Source of the DNA: Eledone cirrhosa
Lineage: Eukaryota
Reading direction: 5' to 3'
Length of the DNA: 64,000 nt
NCBI GenBank assembly: GCA_964016885.1
Contig: OZ024746.1
Span: 21,886,001-21,950,000, forward strand
In this document: in pieces, positions 38,501-49,990 of the stretch
Numbering within the stretch: position 1 is the stretch's first letter
How the letters are laid out: each line of letters opens with the position of its first letter
The notes under the pieces: generated by a model
Told to the model about the DNA's origin: nothing
Database searches by the model: none
The model's input: only the letters and a program-made list of their open reading frames with translations
Program-made: the position numbers and the translations under genes

Positions 38501-40611
38501 GGGGTCGATTTAATTGACTTCCCCACAAAAAAAACTATTGGCTTTGTGCTTAAATCAGAAATTATTATTATTATTAGTTTTACATTACAGGAGCCTGCGG
38601 TCAACAGATTATCACACACATTGTGCCTGCTTTTCCATCGTTACCTGGGTCATGGCCATGGCAAGTTAGCATACAATGGTTCAATGAATTTGGTTTTTAT
38701 GAACATATCTGTGGTGGAACACTTATAAATGACCAATGGATCTTAACAGCAAGCCATTGTTTAACTGAGTAACTATACTAAGACAGTCTCCATCATCATC
38801 ATAATCATCATTTCATTACCACCATATCCACCATCACCATCATTACCACCACCACTGCCACAATAACCATCACCATCATAATCACCACAAGTATCATCAT
38901 AATCCTCATCACCACCATCACCCTCATAAACATCATTACCACCCCCATCATCATCATAAACATCATTACCACCACCACCACCATCATAAATATCATTACT
39001 ACCACCACCACCACCACCACTATCATCACCACCACCACCACTATCATCACCACCACCATCATCACTATCATTATCATCCTCATTTACAAGAAAGTTGGTA
39101 AAAAATATGTGAAGGCACATGGCCTAGTGGTTAAGGTGTTTGGCTCATGACCATAAGGTCATCAGTTTGATTCCTAACATCACATTGTGTTCTTGAGCAA
39201 GACACTTTATTTCGTGTTGCACTGATAATTCTATGGGCCAACCTTGTTGCACCGTGTCAGTGTTATGCTGAGTATCCCAGAGAACTACATTAACAATACA
39301 TATGTTTGTGGAATGCCCAGCCACTTGCACATTCATTTCTTGGGCCAGCTGCTCAATTGATCAAACAACTAGTATACTTATCATCAGAATTGATGGAGCA
39401 CCAGCACAATTTTGGTAGAACATGTAAAGTTTTCTGTTAAGAACAACATTACTTAAAGAAAAATAGTTTAGAAGGGAGTGCCAGAATAATTACACCTATT
39501 CCTGTTTGAAGAAAATAGTCTAAAGTCTGTCTCCAGCCTAGAGGCTGGTGCTTATCCCAGTTTCTGTGGCATTAAGCAACTAAGAGCACAAGACTTACCC
39601 CTGGACAGGACACCAGTCCATCACAGGTTTAAACACCCAGCTATTACTGGTACTCATTTTCAGCTGAGTATATTGGTGCAACAAGAAATGAAGTGTTTTG
39701 TTCAAGAACACAACACACAATCCAGTCCAGAAATGGAACCCACAACCTATTCTAAACCAGATATAGTGTATTTATTCTAAACTAAAGCAGGAGTTAGCCT
39801 TGTGGGTCCCATGATAGACTTCATGCTCATCATAGGGCCCTTTTAAAGGCAATGTTTTATGGCTGGATGCTCTTCCTGATGCAAACACTTTTAGTCACCT
39901 CTTAAAATATGTATGAGTTTGGTGTACCTACTTTAAACCAGATACAAACAATAATGTACTAATGTAACTATTCTAAATAATAAATGACAACTATTATAGT
40001 ATGTCATGTGTTTTTATTTTCAAATCAAAATCATTGTGTAACTTCTTATCCTCCAGCTATAAAATTGAAGACCTTCGAATTGCCCTTGGTGCTTATAATC
40101 TATCAAACCCAACATCTTCAGAAGTAGTGAGAAAAGTAAAAGATGTTTTCATTGTATGTATTTATTTATTTTTCTATTTATTTAATTAACCAATTTATAC
40201 GTCTGTATGGAGCTAGTAAGCCATGAAAGACTATTGAAATTATCTAGTACTTTTTACAGTTGAGAAACAAAAACCAGGACAAAGATAAGTGAATATAAAA
40301 ATAAAATTAAATAAATAAAATTAAATAGGAAAGGCCAACAGGAGGCAAAAGAGGCATAAAAAAAGGTTAAAGAAAAAATGGAAAGCAAGGGAAGCTGTAA
40401 AGCAGCTAGGAGGTTCTGTTGCTGATTTTTTTTGTAACCTCCATGTACTCCAAAAATTTGTTTATAGTTGGTAGATCTTTTACAATATATTGTATCTCTA
40501 ATCTTAAATATGAAACAACATATAATGAATTTGACTCTACTGTCAGTATTCCATTAGTAAATATTTCTTGTTATCTTTCATTCAACAAACCTAACTATAA
40601 GGTGTGTGTAT

Positions 40612-40658
<47 letters not shown>

Positions 40659-43298
40659 TTTGTTGGTTCACCACTGGATAGAACTGGTCATTCCGTATGG
40701 TCAACCTCGATGTAATATTATGGAGAGCACACGACGTAATGCAACTCACCCGTCTTCGTTTGTTTTGTTGGTGGTGCGAGTACAGAGTTAATTATTATAA
40801 AATAACAGGAGGCTGGACTGGTGTAATTCCTTAAAAGGTTTATTATACTATGATTATTTCAATGACCGGGTTCAGTATGAATCCAGTGACATCATCAGGC
40901 ATTCAAAATATAACAAAGGAATATAATAGACAAAATCAATGGTACTGAAAATCAGAGACATGAGGGTGGCCGACCATTTAGCAGCTACTAGCCTGGTCAA
41001 CCATCCTCAAGTCTCTGACTTTCAGCACCATGGATTTTGTCTATTATATTCCTTTGTTATATTTCGAATACCTGATGATGTCACCGGGTTCATACTGAAC
41101 CCGGTCATTGAAATGATCATAGTATAATAACACTTTTAAGGAATTACACCAGTCCAGTCTCTTGTTATTTTATAATATATATATATATGATGTCACTGAC
41201 ACTGTCAATGTCGATGTTCTGAAGACTAGGATTATAGTTACTTGTTTAAACATTGTGTATGCTCCGATGATTCCAGACATTTGTCTGGAAGAAACAATTG
41301 TCAGCAATTAAATGTATTATACTAAAATTTGATTTTTGTATATTTTGTATATTTTGTGAAAGCGTGTGGCTGAGTGGTTAGAGAATTGGATTCACAATCT
41401 TGAGGTTGTGAATTCGATTCCTGGACCGGGTGATGCGTTATGTCCTTGAGCAAGACACTTTATTTCACGTTGCTCCTTCTACCTGGAGTTGCGACAGATA
41501 GATAGTATTAGCAACTGGAAAGACCGACGAAAACATTGTTTCCTCAGTCCAATTTGACGAAAGTCGATATATATATATATGATGATGATGATGATGATAT
41601 ATATATATATATATATACTTGTGGCCCTCATTGTTTTTTTAACAGCATCCTCAGTACAGTGTTCAAATTAACCGGCCAAATGATATTGCCTTACTAAAAA
41701 TGGTGGCAAGTGTGGAAATGACATGGAATATACATGCTGTATGTTTACCAAATGTTGTCAAACCTAACTGGGACATAGACTATTCTGACTGTTGGATTAC
41801 TGGATGGGGTGATACAAGACGTAAGGTTCTTAACATTTATTTTTTCATTTATTCTTTTGGGGGAGAGGGATGTGGGGAGGAACATATGTAAGAGATATGT
41901 AAACTTCTGGCCCCTATGAAATGGGGCTACGATAAAATACATTCGGTGCAGTGTAGGAACATAAGTAAATAACATGCTAGCGTGGAAGACGGACGTTAAA
42001 CGATGATGATGATGATTACTGCTGGCCTATATGAGAGGGTGTCACAATAAAATGCATCTAGTGCTCTTGCACTTAGTACAGTGTAGGAACATATGTAAAT
42101 TTATATATATTTTCAAACACTAACCTCATACCATAATTCATTACTTCATTAATTCTTTATAGCGCAAATCCCCTTTAACGATGTCTAAACAGCTTACAAA
42201 TAAGCCCCACCCCAACCTAGTATAACCTACCTCCCTTATGTCCACTCACTCTTCCATGTCAAACTGATGACCAGCAGAAACACCCCTACCCCTAGTACAA
42301 CACTGCACTCTTTCATCTCCCATCATGCACAGCCCTACCACATCCACACCACCTTCGCCTCACCACGTACACACCGAAATGTCTATGGCAAGCCAACCCC
42401 CTCGCAACTCACATCAACCATCACTCCCCACCACCACCTCATCACTATGTTCATCCCCCCCACCTATCACACATGCCAAAACATTGTTTATAGCAAAACC
42501 ACCAAATCAAAACAACATAAACTGACCACCATATGAATGTGAAACGCTACAGACATTTCTACGATGTATATGTTCATTCTGTCAACCGAGGTCCGACGAG
42601 CTTTTGATTCCAGAGTTGAGCCAGATCGATACAGATCGAACCTTGAGCTGATCAATATTGAAATGCACATTACCAATCAATGAACGTAATGAAGGCTTAA
42701 CAAGTCATATTATTATATTCATCCTTGGTGGTGGATTGGCAGTATCGGTAGAGGGTCGGACGCCATGCTTTCCAGCATAGTTACGTCCTTTTACGATCTG
42801 AGTTCAAATCCCGCCGAGGTTGACTTTGCCTTTCATCCTTACGGGGTCGATAAAATAAAGTACCAGTAATGCACTGGGTAATTGCTGGCCTTGTGCCTAA
42901 AGTAGAAACAATTATTATATTCATCCTTATGGGGTCGATAAAATAAAGTACCAGTAATACACTGGGTAATTGCTAGCCTTGTGCCAAAAGTAGAAACAAT
43001 TATTATATTTTGAATTGGCAGTATCAGTAGAGGGTTGGACGCCATGCTTTGACGCATAGAGTTACTGCCCTTGCCATTCTGAGTTCAAATCCCGCCAAAG
43101 TTAACTTTACCTTTCATCCTTACGGGGTCGATAAAATAAAGTACCAGTAATGCACAGGGTAATTGCTGGCCTTGTGCCTAATGTAGAAACAATTATTATA
43201 TTTACACTCTGTTTAGCTCTACACCTCACTACAGATGTGAATCTAAACATCGAGTGCTCACCTGGGTGAACCTATAGTAACTTCACGTTACACTCCCT

Positions 43299-43346
<48 letters not shown>

Positions 43347-44530
43347 GTGTGTGTGTGTGTATGTGTGTATGTGTGTGTGCGTGTGTGTATGTATGTGTGT
43401 ATATACTCACATATGTATATATATATATTTCGTTTTTGAATTTGTTTAGCAAGATTCTTTATCTGAAATCGTGTGTTGAAACCGATATTGTTATAAGTTT
43501 GTAGATTTGTAAATTTATAAATTTATAAATATATAATAAATTGAAGTGAAAGCAACTGGTGCGTGTGTTTCTTATTGGCAACATGGCCCTCCCAGGGTAT
43601 AACAATATATATATATATATATCATTCAACTTTCAGAGACTGGTGACCCTAACGTTCTCAATGAATTAAAAGTAACCATCACAGACACCAACTCATGTAA
43701 TTCAAGTTGGCAAGGATTAATTCTTCCTGGTCATATCTGTATTGGAAATGGTTTAACTGGTGCATGTGCAGTAAGTAAAACGTTATATTACTTTAAAATC
43801 CCTTTGTTCATTCCATCTTTCTTCCTATCACAGTTTCCTAACCGACATTCTTGAAATATAAAAAAGAATACTGATGGAATTCTTAACTTTCGATGAAGTC
43901 CTAGAGACATCCATCCATCCTCATAAATTATGTGGATATTTAAATCTGGCAGAGACCAGCTCCTCTCCTGGTCTGAACACAGCTGATTTCTCTCTCTCTC
44001 TCTCTCTGTGTGCATGCATGCGAGAAAGAGAGGGAGAGAGAGAGAGAGATTTACACAGTCCTCAATACTATCCAATATGCATCCCAATGTTCTGATCACT
44101 ACTGGAATCACTAAAAACTTCATCATCCCCAACAACCTTCGATCTTCCTCCTTCAGTGGCTCCTGCTTCTCCATTCTTCACTCTACTATTGACTAGGATA
44201 GATATATTGATCATTTGGGCCTCTTTTCTCTTGTTCTTCATAACTAAAATGTCTGGCCTTCTGGCCTCAATCATCATTATTATTATAATTATCATTATTA
44301 TTTATCTCTCTATTTCCTAGGGAGATTCTGGTGGTCCGTTAGTATGTCGTCAACAAGATGGAAGATTCGCCCAAATAGGAATAACTTCTTGGGGTGCCGG
44401 AGGATGTCACACAACAGGTTTACCAAATGTCTTTACATGGTTGAAGCCATATATAAAGTGGCTACAAAAAGTGATGAAATACAACAGCTCAAAGTTAAAT
44501 GGTCTGCTTAGATTTTCAATAAAGGGATAG
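35171..44530 (+). CDS. S1 (chymotrypsin-fold) serine protease with N-terminal CBM14/peritrophin-A-like Cys domain, about 393 aa; join(35171..35558,38591..38768,40057..40153,41646..41820,43637..43770,44321..44530)
   Basis: Phase-compatible GT-AG exons total 1182 nt. Motifs [20 protein letters not shown] (His57), NDIALL (Asp102), CWITGWG, GDSGGPL (Ser195), ITSWG. The start codon is uncertain: an acceptor at 35134 suggests an upstream exon. Confidence 0.9.
38591..38768 (+). CDS. Protease exon: CG propeptide, IVPA N-terminus, His57
   Basis: Acceptor cattacag; [30 protein letters not shown]...[21 protein letters not shown]; donor GTAACT. Confidence 0.93.
40057..40153 (+). CDS. Protease exon ([16 protein letters not shown]...VKDVFI)
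   Basis: Acceptor cctccag, donor GTATGT, phase 2/0. Confidence 0.9.
40657..41177. mobile_element. Hammerhead-bearing fold-back element (inverted arms 40793-40976 and 40994-41177)
   Basis: About 184-bp inverted arms, 17-nt spacer, (TA)n on both outer sides. Confidence 0.8.
41068..41125 (+). ncRNA. Minimal type I hammerhead ribozyme motif (intact core), in a protease intron
   Basis: ATAC/GTAT stem I; CTGATGA 41072-41078; ACCGGGTTCA/TGAACCCGGT stem II; GAAA; palindromic TGATCA; TA. Diverged mirror copy on the minus strand at about 40845-40902. Confidence 0.75.
41260..41306 (+). ncRNA. Minimal hammerhead motif, CCGATGA (U4C) core variant
   Basis: TGCT/AGCA stem I; CCGATGA; TTCCAGACA/TGTCTGGAA stem II; GAAA; CAATTG palindrome; GTC cleavage triplet. 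Confidence 0.7.
41360..41560 (+). mobile_element. tRNA-derived SINE family B. Other copies at about 5962-6160, 27055-27270, 29735-30020, 36937-37170, 39110-39400, 44660-44900(-), 51093-51420, 60275-60570, 63270-63695(-)
   Basis: A-box tggcttagtgg, B-box gttcgattcc, conserved gtgtccttgagcaagacactttatttcac core. Confidence 0.85.
41646..41820 (+). CDS. Protease exon with Asp102 (HPQY...NDIALLK...VCLP...[10 protein letters not shown])
   Basis: Acceptor tttaacag, donor GTAAGG. Confidence 0.94.
42590..42674 (+). ncRNA. Degenerate hammerhead motif (CCGACGA core)
   Basis: GGT/ACC stem I; CCGACGA; TTGAT/ATCAA within a long stem II; GAAA; TGCACA; TT. It lies downstream of a C/A-rich tract resembling a retroelement 3' UTR. 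Confidence 0.45.
42725..43200 (+). mobile_element. Cluster of tRNA-derived SINE family A. Other copies at about 12145-12335, 23450-23620, 25320-25627(-), 26165-26357(-), 38143-38570, 49052-49245, 54289-54475, 59958-60130
   Basis: Highly similar unit of about 190 bp: ggtggattggcagtatcggtagag...gagttcaaatcccgcc (B-box)...gcctttcatccttacggggtcgataaaataaagtaccag...agaaacaattatt. Confidence 0.88.
43637..43770 (+). CDS. Protease exon ([12 protein letters not shown]...C...[13 protein letters not shown])
   Basis: Acceptor ctttcag, donor GTAAGT. Confidence 0.92.
44050..44270 (-). mobile_element. RLE-type LINE endonuclease relic beside a (TAA)-like repeat
   Basis: [10 protein letters not shown] and IPVVIRTLG motifs in different frames. 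Confidence 0.55.
44321..44530 (+). CDS. Protease last exon with Ser195 (GDSGGPLVC...ITSWG...GLPNVFT...IKG*)
   Basis: Acceptor tttcctag; TAG at 44528-44530. Confidence 0.94.
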   Translation, partial: GDSGGPLVCRQQDGRFAQIGITSWGAGGCHTTGLPNVFTWLKPYIKWLQKVMKYNSSKLNGLLRFSIKG

Positions 44531-45851
44531 ACAAGCAAATCTCAGATAATTCTTGTTGGTGTTATTGTTGGTTGTGGTGATGGTGTTGTTGTTGTTGGAG
44601 GTGGTAGTAGGGGTGAGGGTGTTGTTGGCGGTGGTGATAGCCTTCTTTTAACAATTGACAAGATCCCAGATCTCGTTCACTTACCAAGCGGGGTGGAACT
44701 CATCAAATCAGACCAAGGAAACAATGTTTCCATTGGTCTTTTCAATTGCTGATACTATCTATCGGTTGCAACAAGCCTGGCAGAAAGAGCAATATGAAAT
44801 AAAATGTCTTGCTCAAGGACATATTGCATCACCTGGTCCAGGAATCAAACTCTCAACTTCACAATTACAAATCCAACTCACTATGCACTAAGCCACATGC
44901 CTCATACAAACTAATCCAAATTTGCCCTCTCTACAAAATAGCTACTTTTTCTGTGTGTATCTGGTTTTAAGTAGATACACTATGCCCCTACATATTGTAA
45001 GAGGTGTCTAAAAGGGTTGACTCCAGGAAGAGCATCTGGCCATAAAACACTGCCTGAAAAAAGACCTCATGAGGAGTATGAAACTTGTTGATGGAGCCTA
45101 CAAAGGTAACCCCTGATTTAGCATAGAAAGTAGCCTTAAAACGTTTGTTGTTATTGTTGTTGTAATAAGCAGTGAGGACAGAATGGAGAGGAGAAGGACA
45201 CCACCAAGCACGTGTAGAGTCTATTGAAATGCAATGATGGACACACAGTCAAACATATAGAAAGGCACGCTAATGACTGGCTGTACTAGTTATGAAAAGG
45301 TGGGTACTGCCAAGTATTTCTAAAGCCTATTAAAATGCCATGATGTAGACACAATCAAACACCTACAGTGGCAGCACAATGATTAGCTGTTCCAGTTATG
45401 GAAACTTGATTGATTGATTGATTAATAAACAGCTATATATTACTTATCTTCATTACTTCTGACCACATTTGTTAAGTGATCCTGAGTATAGTATACCACA
45501 CATATAAAACAGAATGGTCATAGCTGGAATGTCTTTCATCATAGGTTTGCTCTATCAGGGACAACTCTGGTCTCAGCAACAACAAACACATAATGATTAT
45601 ATTTATTGTAATCCCTTATTCTTAACATCCTCTGATGTTAAACCAGTTTTTAACAGGTTTCTCTATATATTTTAGAGTGGCTTTTGTAGAGCTAGTCTGC
45701 TCCCGTTTGTTTCTTGTTGTTGTTATTATTACTATCAGTGGTGGTAAAATTTGTTGAACTAAGTTGGCACACACGTCCTACATACACATTAACAAATAAA
45801 CAATCATATGTGTGTGTGTATAGTGAAAGAGAGAGAGAGAATGAGAATATA

Positions 45852-45888
<37 letters not shown>

Positions 45889-45892
<4 letters not shown>

Positions 45893-46271
45893 ACTACAGT
45901 CAGTAGGCACCTCTAACAAAATACAGTCCCGTCCCACTACCCCCACCCCATCCACACGACCCCTTTCAATGTAAAGTTATGTTGGTACCACAACATCCAG
46001 GCCGAAACAAATGAGGTCGTGTAGGTGTCACGACAAAAAAACACACAGTCCACGCTGTAATGTGGCCGTGTAGGTAACATGATAAAAACCTCCCAGTTCC
46101 ACACTGTAAACGTGGTTGGTGTTAGGAAGGGCATCCAGCCGTAAAAAACCCGCCAGACAGTCCTATACGAGCAAGACAACCACTCTTGCCTCAAGTGGGA
46201 AAACTCCCGTCCAAACCCATGCAAGCATGGAATATGGACGTTAAACGATGATGATGATGATGATGATGATG
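45889..46271 (+). mobile_element. 3' UTR of the RTE LINE family with (GAT)n tail
   Basis: Reverse-complement homolog of 10636-11020. Confidence 0.82.
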
Positions 46272-46331
46272 ACACCACTATCATCATCCTCATTTTCCTT
46301 GGTAGCAATAGTTATATATATATAAATACAC

Positions 46332-46373
<42 letters not shown>

Positions 46374-46594
46374 GGCGGAGGTGGTAAGAGCAGACCTCAG
46401 ATTGCTGAAATGCACCGAGGAGATGACGAAGGACTGTGACAAGTGGAGAGATGCTGTGCTGAATAGGACCTGTCCAACCCTTGCATGCAAGCAGGGAAAA
46501 GTGGACGTAAAATGATGATGGTGATGATATATATATATACATATACACACACACACACACACATATATAAATATATATATATTTATAAACACAC

Positions 46595-46643
<49 letters not shown>

Positions 46644-46678
46644 CACACATACACACACACACATATATATATATTTAT

Positions 46679-46762
<84 letters not shown>

Positions 46763-46835
46763 CATTATCATCATTATTTAATAGCAATTTTCCCTGATAT
46801 CAAGGTTTGTATACATATACAGCATATATATATAA

Positions 46836-46875
<40 letters not shown>

Positions 46876-47132
46876 GTATATATATATATATGAGTACAGA
46901 CAAGTTGAGAAAACAACATTATGTTTGGCAAAGTAAAGCTGAAGCAGGATGTGAGTCGATAAGCAACGTGTGTGAAGGATATAGAGCATCTGGAGTTAAT
47001 TTGATGGGTACATTCTAAACACTGTATGGTCAAGTTTTTCAGAGCATATACGTATATAAAGCAAAACAATCAAGATTGTTAATTGTACATTGACTGACAT
47101 ATTAAATGTACAATTAACAGTTTTGGTTGTTT

Positions 47133-47173
<41 letters not shown>

Positions 47174-47400
47174 AATATGTTTTGAAACAGTGAGCAGGTT
47201 TGAAATTAGAAAATAGAATAGCTTTCACCGTATTTTTTGACTAAAGAAATTTTAGTCTGATAATGGGGTTTAGAACCCTCAGATAAATGGAAAAAGATGA
47301 GTATTGACGTACATGGGAGTCAAACCCACATCTTTGGTTATCCAGACCACTGTGCTGCCATTTACACCAACACATCACCCACATATATATATATATATAT

Positions 47401-47832
47401 ATACAATATTAACAAATGGAAACTATATTTATAAAACCATATTTATTTCATTATACATATTTCAAGGACACCAAGTTAAATTATGGTGTGCTTTCATCGG
47501 ATAAAATATAATATAGAGCAGTTTTATAAATAAATATTGACATACTCTTAAAGAATGCAACCATTACTATTGGGAGCTTCCAACAGAAATGGTCGCATTC
47601 TTTAAGGGTATGTCAATATTTATTTATAAAACTACTCTATATTATATTTTATCCGATGAAAGCACACCATAATTTAACTTGGTGTCCTTGAAATATGTAT
47701 AATGAAATAAATATGGTTTTATAAATATAGTTTCCATTTGTTAATATTGTATTTTTACTCCAATTATTTGTTGAGTGCTTTATATCAGTTATAAAAATAT
47801 TTGCTTGTTGTATCCCAACAATTTAAATAGAA

Positions 47833-47838
<6 letters not shown>
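47401..47838. mobile_element. Hammerhead-bearing fold-back element (palindrome 47401-47752, centre 47576/47577)
   Basis: About 176-bp arms, essentially no spacer (TGGGAGCTTCCA), flanked by (TA)n. Confidence 0.8.
47648..47706 (+). ncRNA. Minimal hammerhead motif, CCGATGA core variant
   Basis: TTTAT/ATGAA stem I; CCGATGA 47653-47659; AAG-ACACCA/TGGTGT-CTT stem II; GAAA 47690-47693; TATGTA; TA. Mirror copy in the left arm of the palindrome. Confidence 0.62.
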
Positions 47839-47912
<74 letters not shown>

Positions 47913-48519
47913 ATATATATGTTAAGTATTTCCATAAAAAAGACGATCCTTACAGAAACGTCCAGCTTGTTATAAGATGAAATGGTTAATAAAACACATA
48001 TATATACATATACACGCGCTCATATATTCACCCAGCTTATGCTGATAGAATAACTATGTAGCTTGTGCCTCTTCCTATCTACGGTTAGCCTTCCTCTTTG
48101 TTGTTTACTTGTCTCACTCGCTTTACGCGTTTTAATTGTCCTAATAACTTAATTTAGTTATTATTGCACCAACGTGAGGTATATGATTTTTAATGCAATG
48201 AAATATCTATGATCATTGGCAAATCACTGATGAGGGACTCATTTTATAACATGTTATCCATGTGCAACCTGCAGTATTCTTCTCCACATTTTTTCACATA
48301 TACATATATATATATATATAATTATCATCATTTTACATCTGCTTTCCATGCTGGTAAGGGCTGACCAGCTCATCAGGTTATTCTGGTTTGAAACTAGACT
48401 ACTCCGGGTACAGTGACTTGCTTGTGCATTCAATATTTGGCATGGTTTCTACAATTGGTTGTCCTTCCTAATACCAACTGCTTTACAGAGTGTCCTGGTT
48501 GCTTTTATTGTAGAACCTT

Positions 48520-48568
<49 letters not shown>

Positions 48569-48571
<3 letters not shown>

Positions 48572-48954
48572 GGAGGTGAGTTTTATTGTAGTACAATAAA
48601 GCAATGCAGATATCGGATAAGAACCACTCTACAGTTTGTAGGACTGGAGTATACATAATATATAAGAACAAAAGATGGTTAAAAAAGTTCCATGTATTTT
48701 ATTATGCGCATTTCAAAAACAAATATCATCATGCAATAATATTTGTGTTTTCATCAGATAAAACAAGAAGACATGATATGAAGGTTAAAAAACACTTAAA
48801 ACTGCACTATCCACAAGTGTTTTTTAACCTTCATATCATGTCTTCCTGTTTTATCTGATGAAAACACAAATATTATTGCATGATGATATTTGTTTTTGAA
48901 ATGCGCATAATAAAATACATGGAACTTTTTTAACCATCTTTTGTTCTTATATAT

Positions 48955-48957
<3 letters not shown>
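48569..48957. mobile_element. Hammerhead-bearing fold-back element (arms 48655-48797 and 48815-48957)
   Basis: Near-perfect 143-bp arms, 17-nt spacer, (TA)n on both sides. ORFs 48604+ and 48796- share the same peptide. Confidence 0.82.
48849..48915 (+). ncRNA. Minimal type I hammerhead ribozyme motif (intact core)
   Basis: TTTTAT/ATAAAA stem I; CTGATGA 48855-48861; ACAAATAT/ATATTTGT stem II; GAAA 48898-48901; palindromic TGCGCA; TA cleavage site. Mirror copy on the minus strand at 48697-48763. Confidence 0.8.
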
Positions 48958-48988
<31 letters not shown>

Positions 48989-49384
48989 CACATGTGTTTA
49001 TGTGTACAGGGCGTATTTAATTATTTCGTCAGGCTAATATATATATATATAAGGGCGGTGGATTGGCAGTATCAGTAGAGGGTCGGACGCCATGCTTTCC
49101 AGCATAGATACGTCCCTTTACGATCTGAGTTCAAATCCCGCCGAAGTTGACTTTGCCTTTCATCCTTACGGAGGTCGATAAAATAAAGTACCAGTAATGA
49201 ACTGGGTTATTGCTGGCCTTGTGCCTAAAGTAGAACCAGCATTATTACTACCTTACTTTATTGTAAAGCAAGTACTCCCTCCCAATGGAACATCTGAGTA
49301 AGAGATGGTCACTTGACCAGTCTTTTCAGATGATGTGACAACCTACCTATACCAAGCAAGCATAGAAAATAAACATTAACCAGA

Positions 49385-49990
49385 GATGATGATGATGATG
49401 AAGATGATGATGATTGTGGTGGTGGTGGTGGTGATGATAGTGATGGATGTAGTATTGGTGTTGGTGGTGGTAATGGTGATGGTGGTGGTGGTGGTGGTGA
49501 TGGTACTGATGGTGGAGGTGGTGGTGGTGGTGGTGATGGTACTGATGGTGGTGGTGGTTGTGATGGTGATGGTGGTTGTGATGGTGGTGATGGCGGTGGT
49601 GGTGATGGTTGTGATGGTGGTGATGGCGGTGGTGGTGGTGGTGGTGGTAATGGTGATGGTGATGGTGGTGATGGTGATGGTGATGGTGGTGATGATGGTG
49701 GTGGTGGTGATGGTGGTGATGATGATTGATGATGGTGGTGGTGGTGGTGATGGTGATGATGGTGGTGGTGGTGGTGATGGTGGTGTTTGATGATGGTGGT
49801 GGTGGTGGTGATGGTGATGATGGTGGTGGTGGTGGTGATGGTGGTGATGATGGTGGTAGTGGTGGTGATGGTGATGATGGTGGTGGTGATGGTGTTGGTG
49901 GTGATGTGATGGTGATGGTAGTAATGGTGGTGGTGTTGGTGTGATGGTGGTGGTGGTGGTGGTGTTGGTGGTGTTGGTGTGGTGATGGTA
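49385..49990. repeat. (GGT/GAT)n trinucleotide tract
   Basis: Directly visible. Confidence 0.92.

Noticed and set aside
41360-41440. tRNA genes at A/B-box motifs
   Set aside because: They continue into multi-copy SINE bodies and lack a proper acceptor stem.
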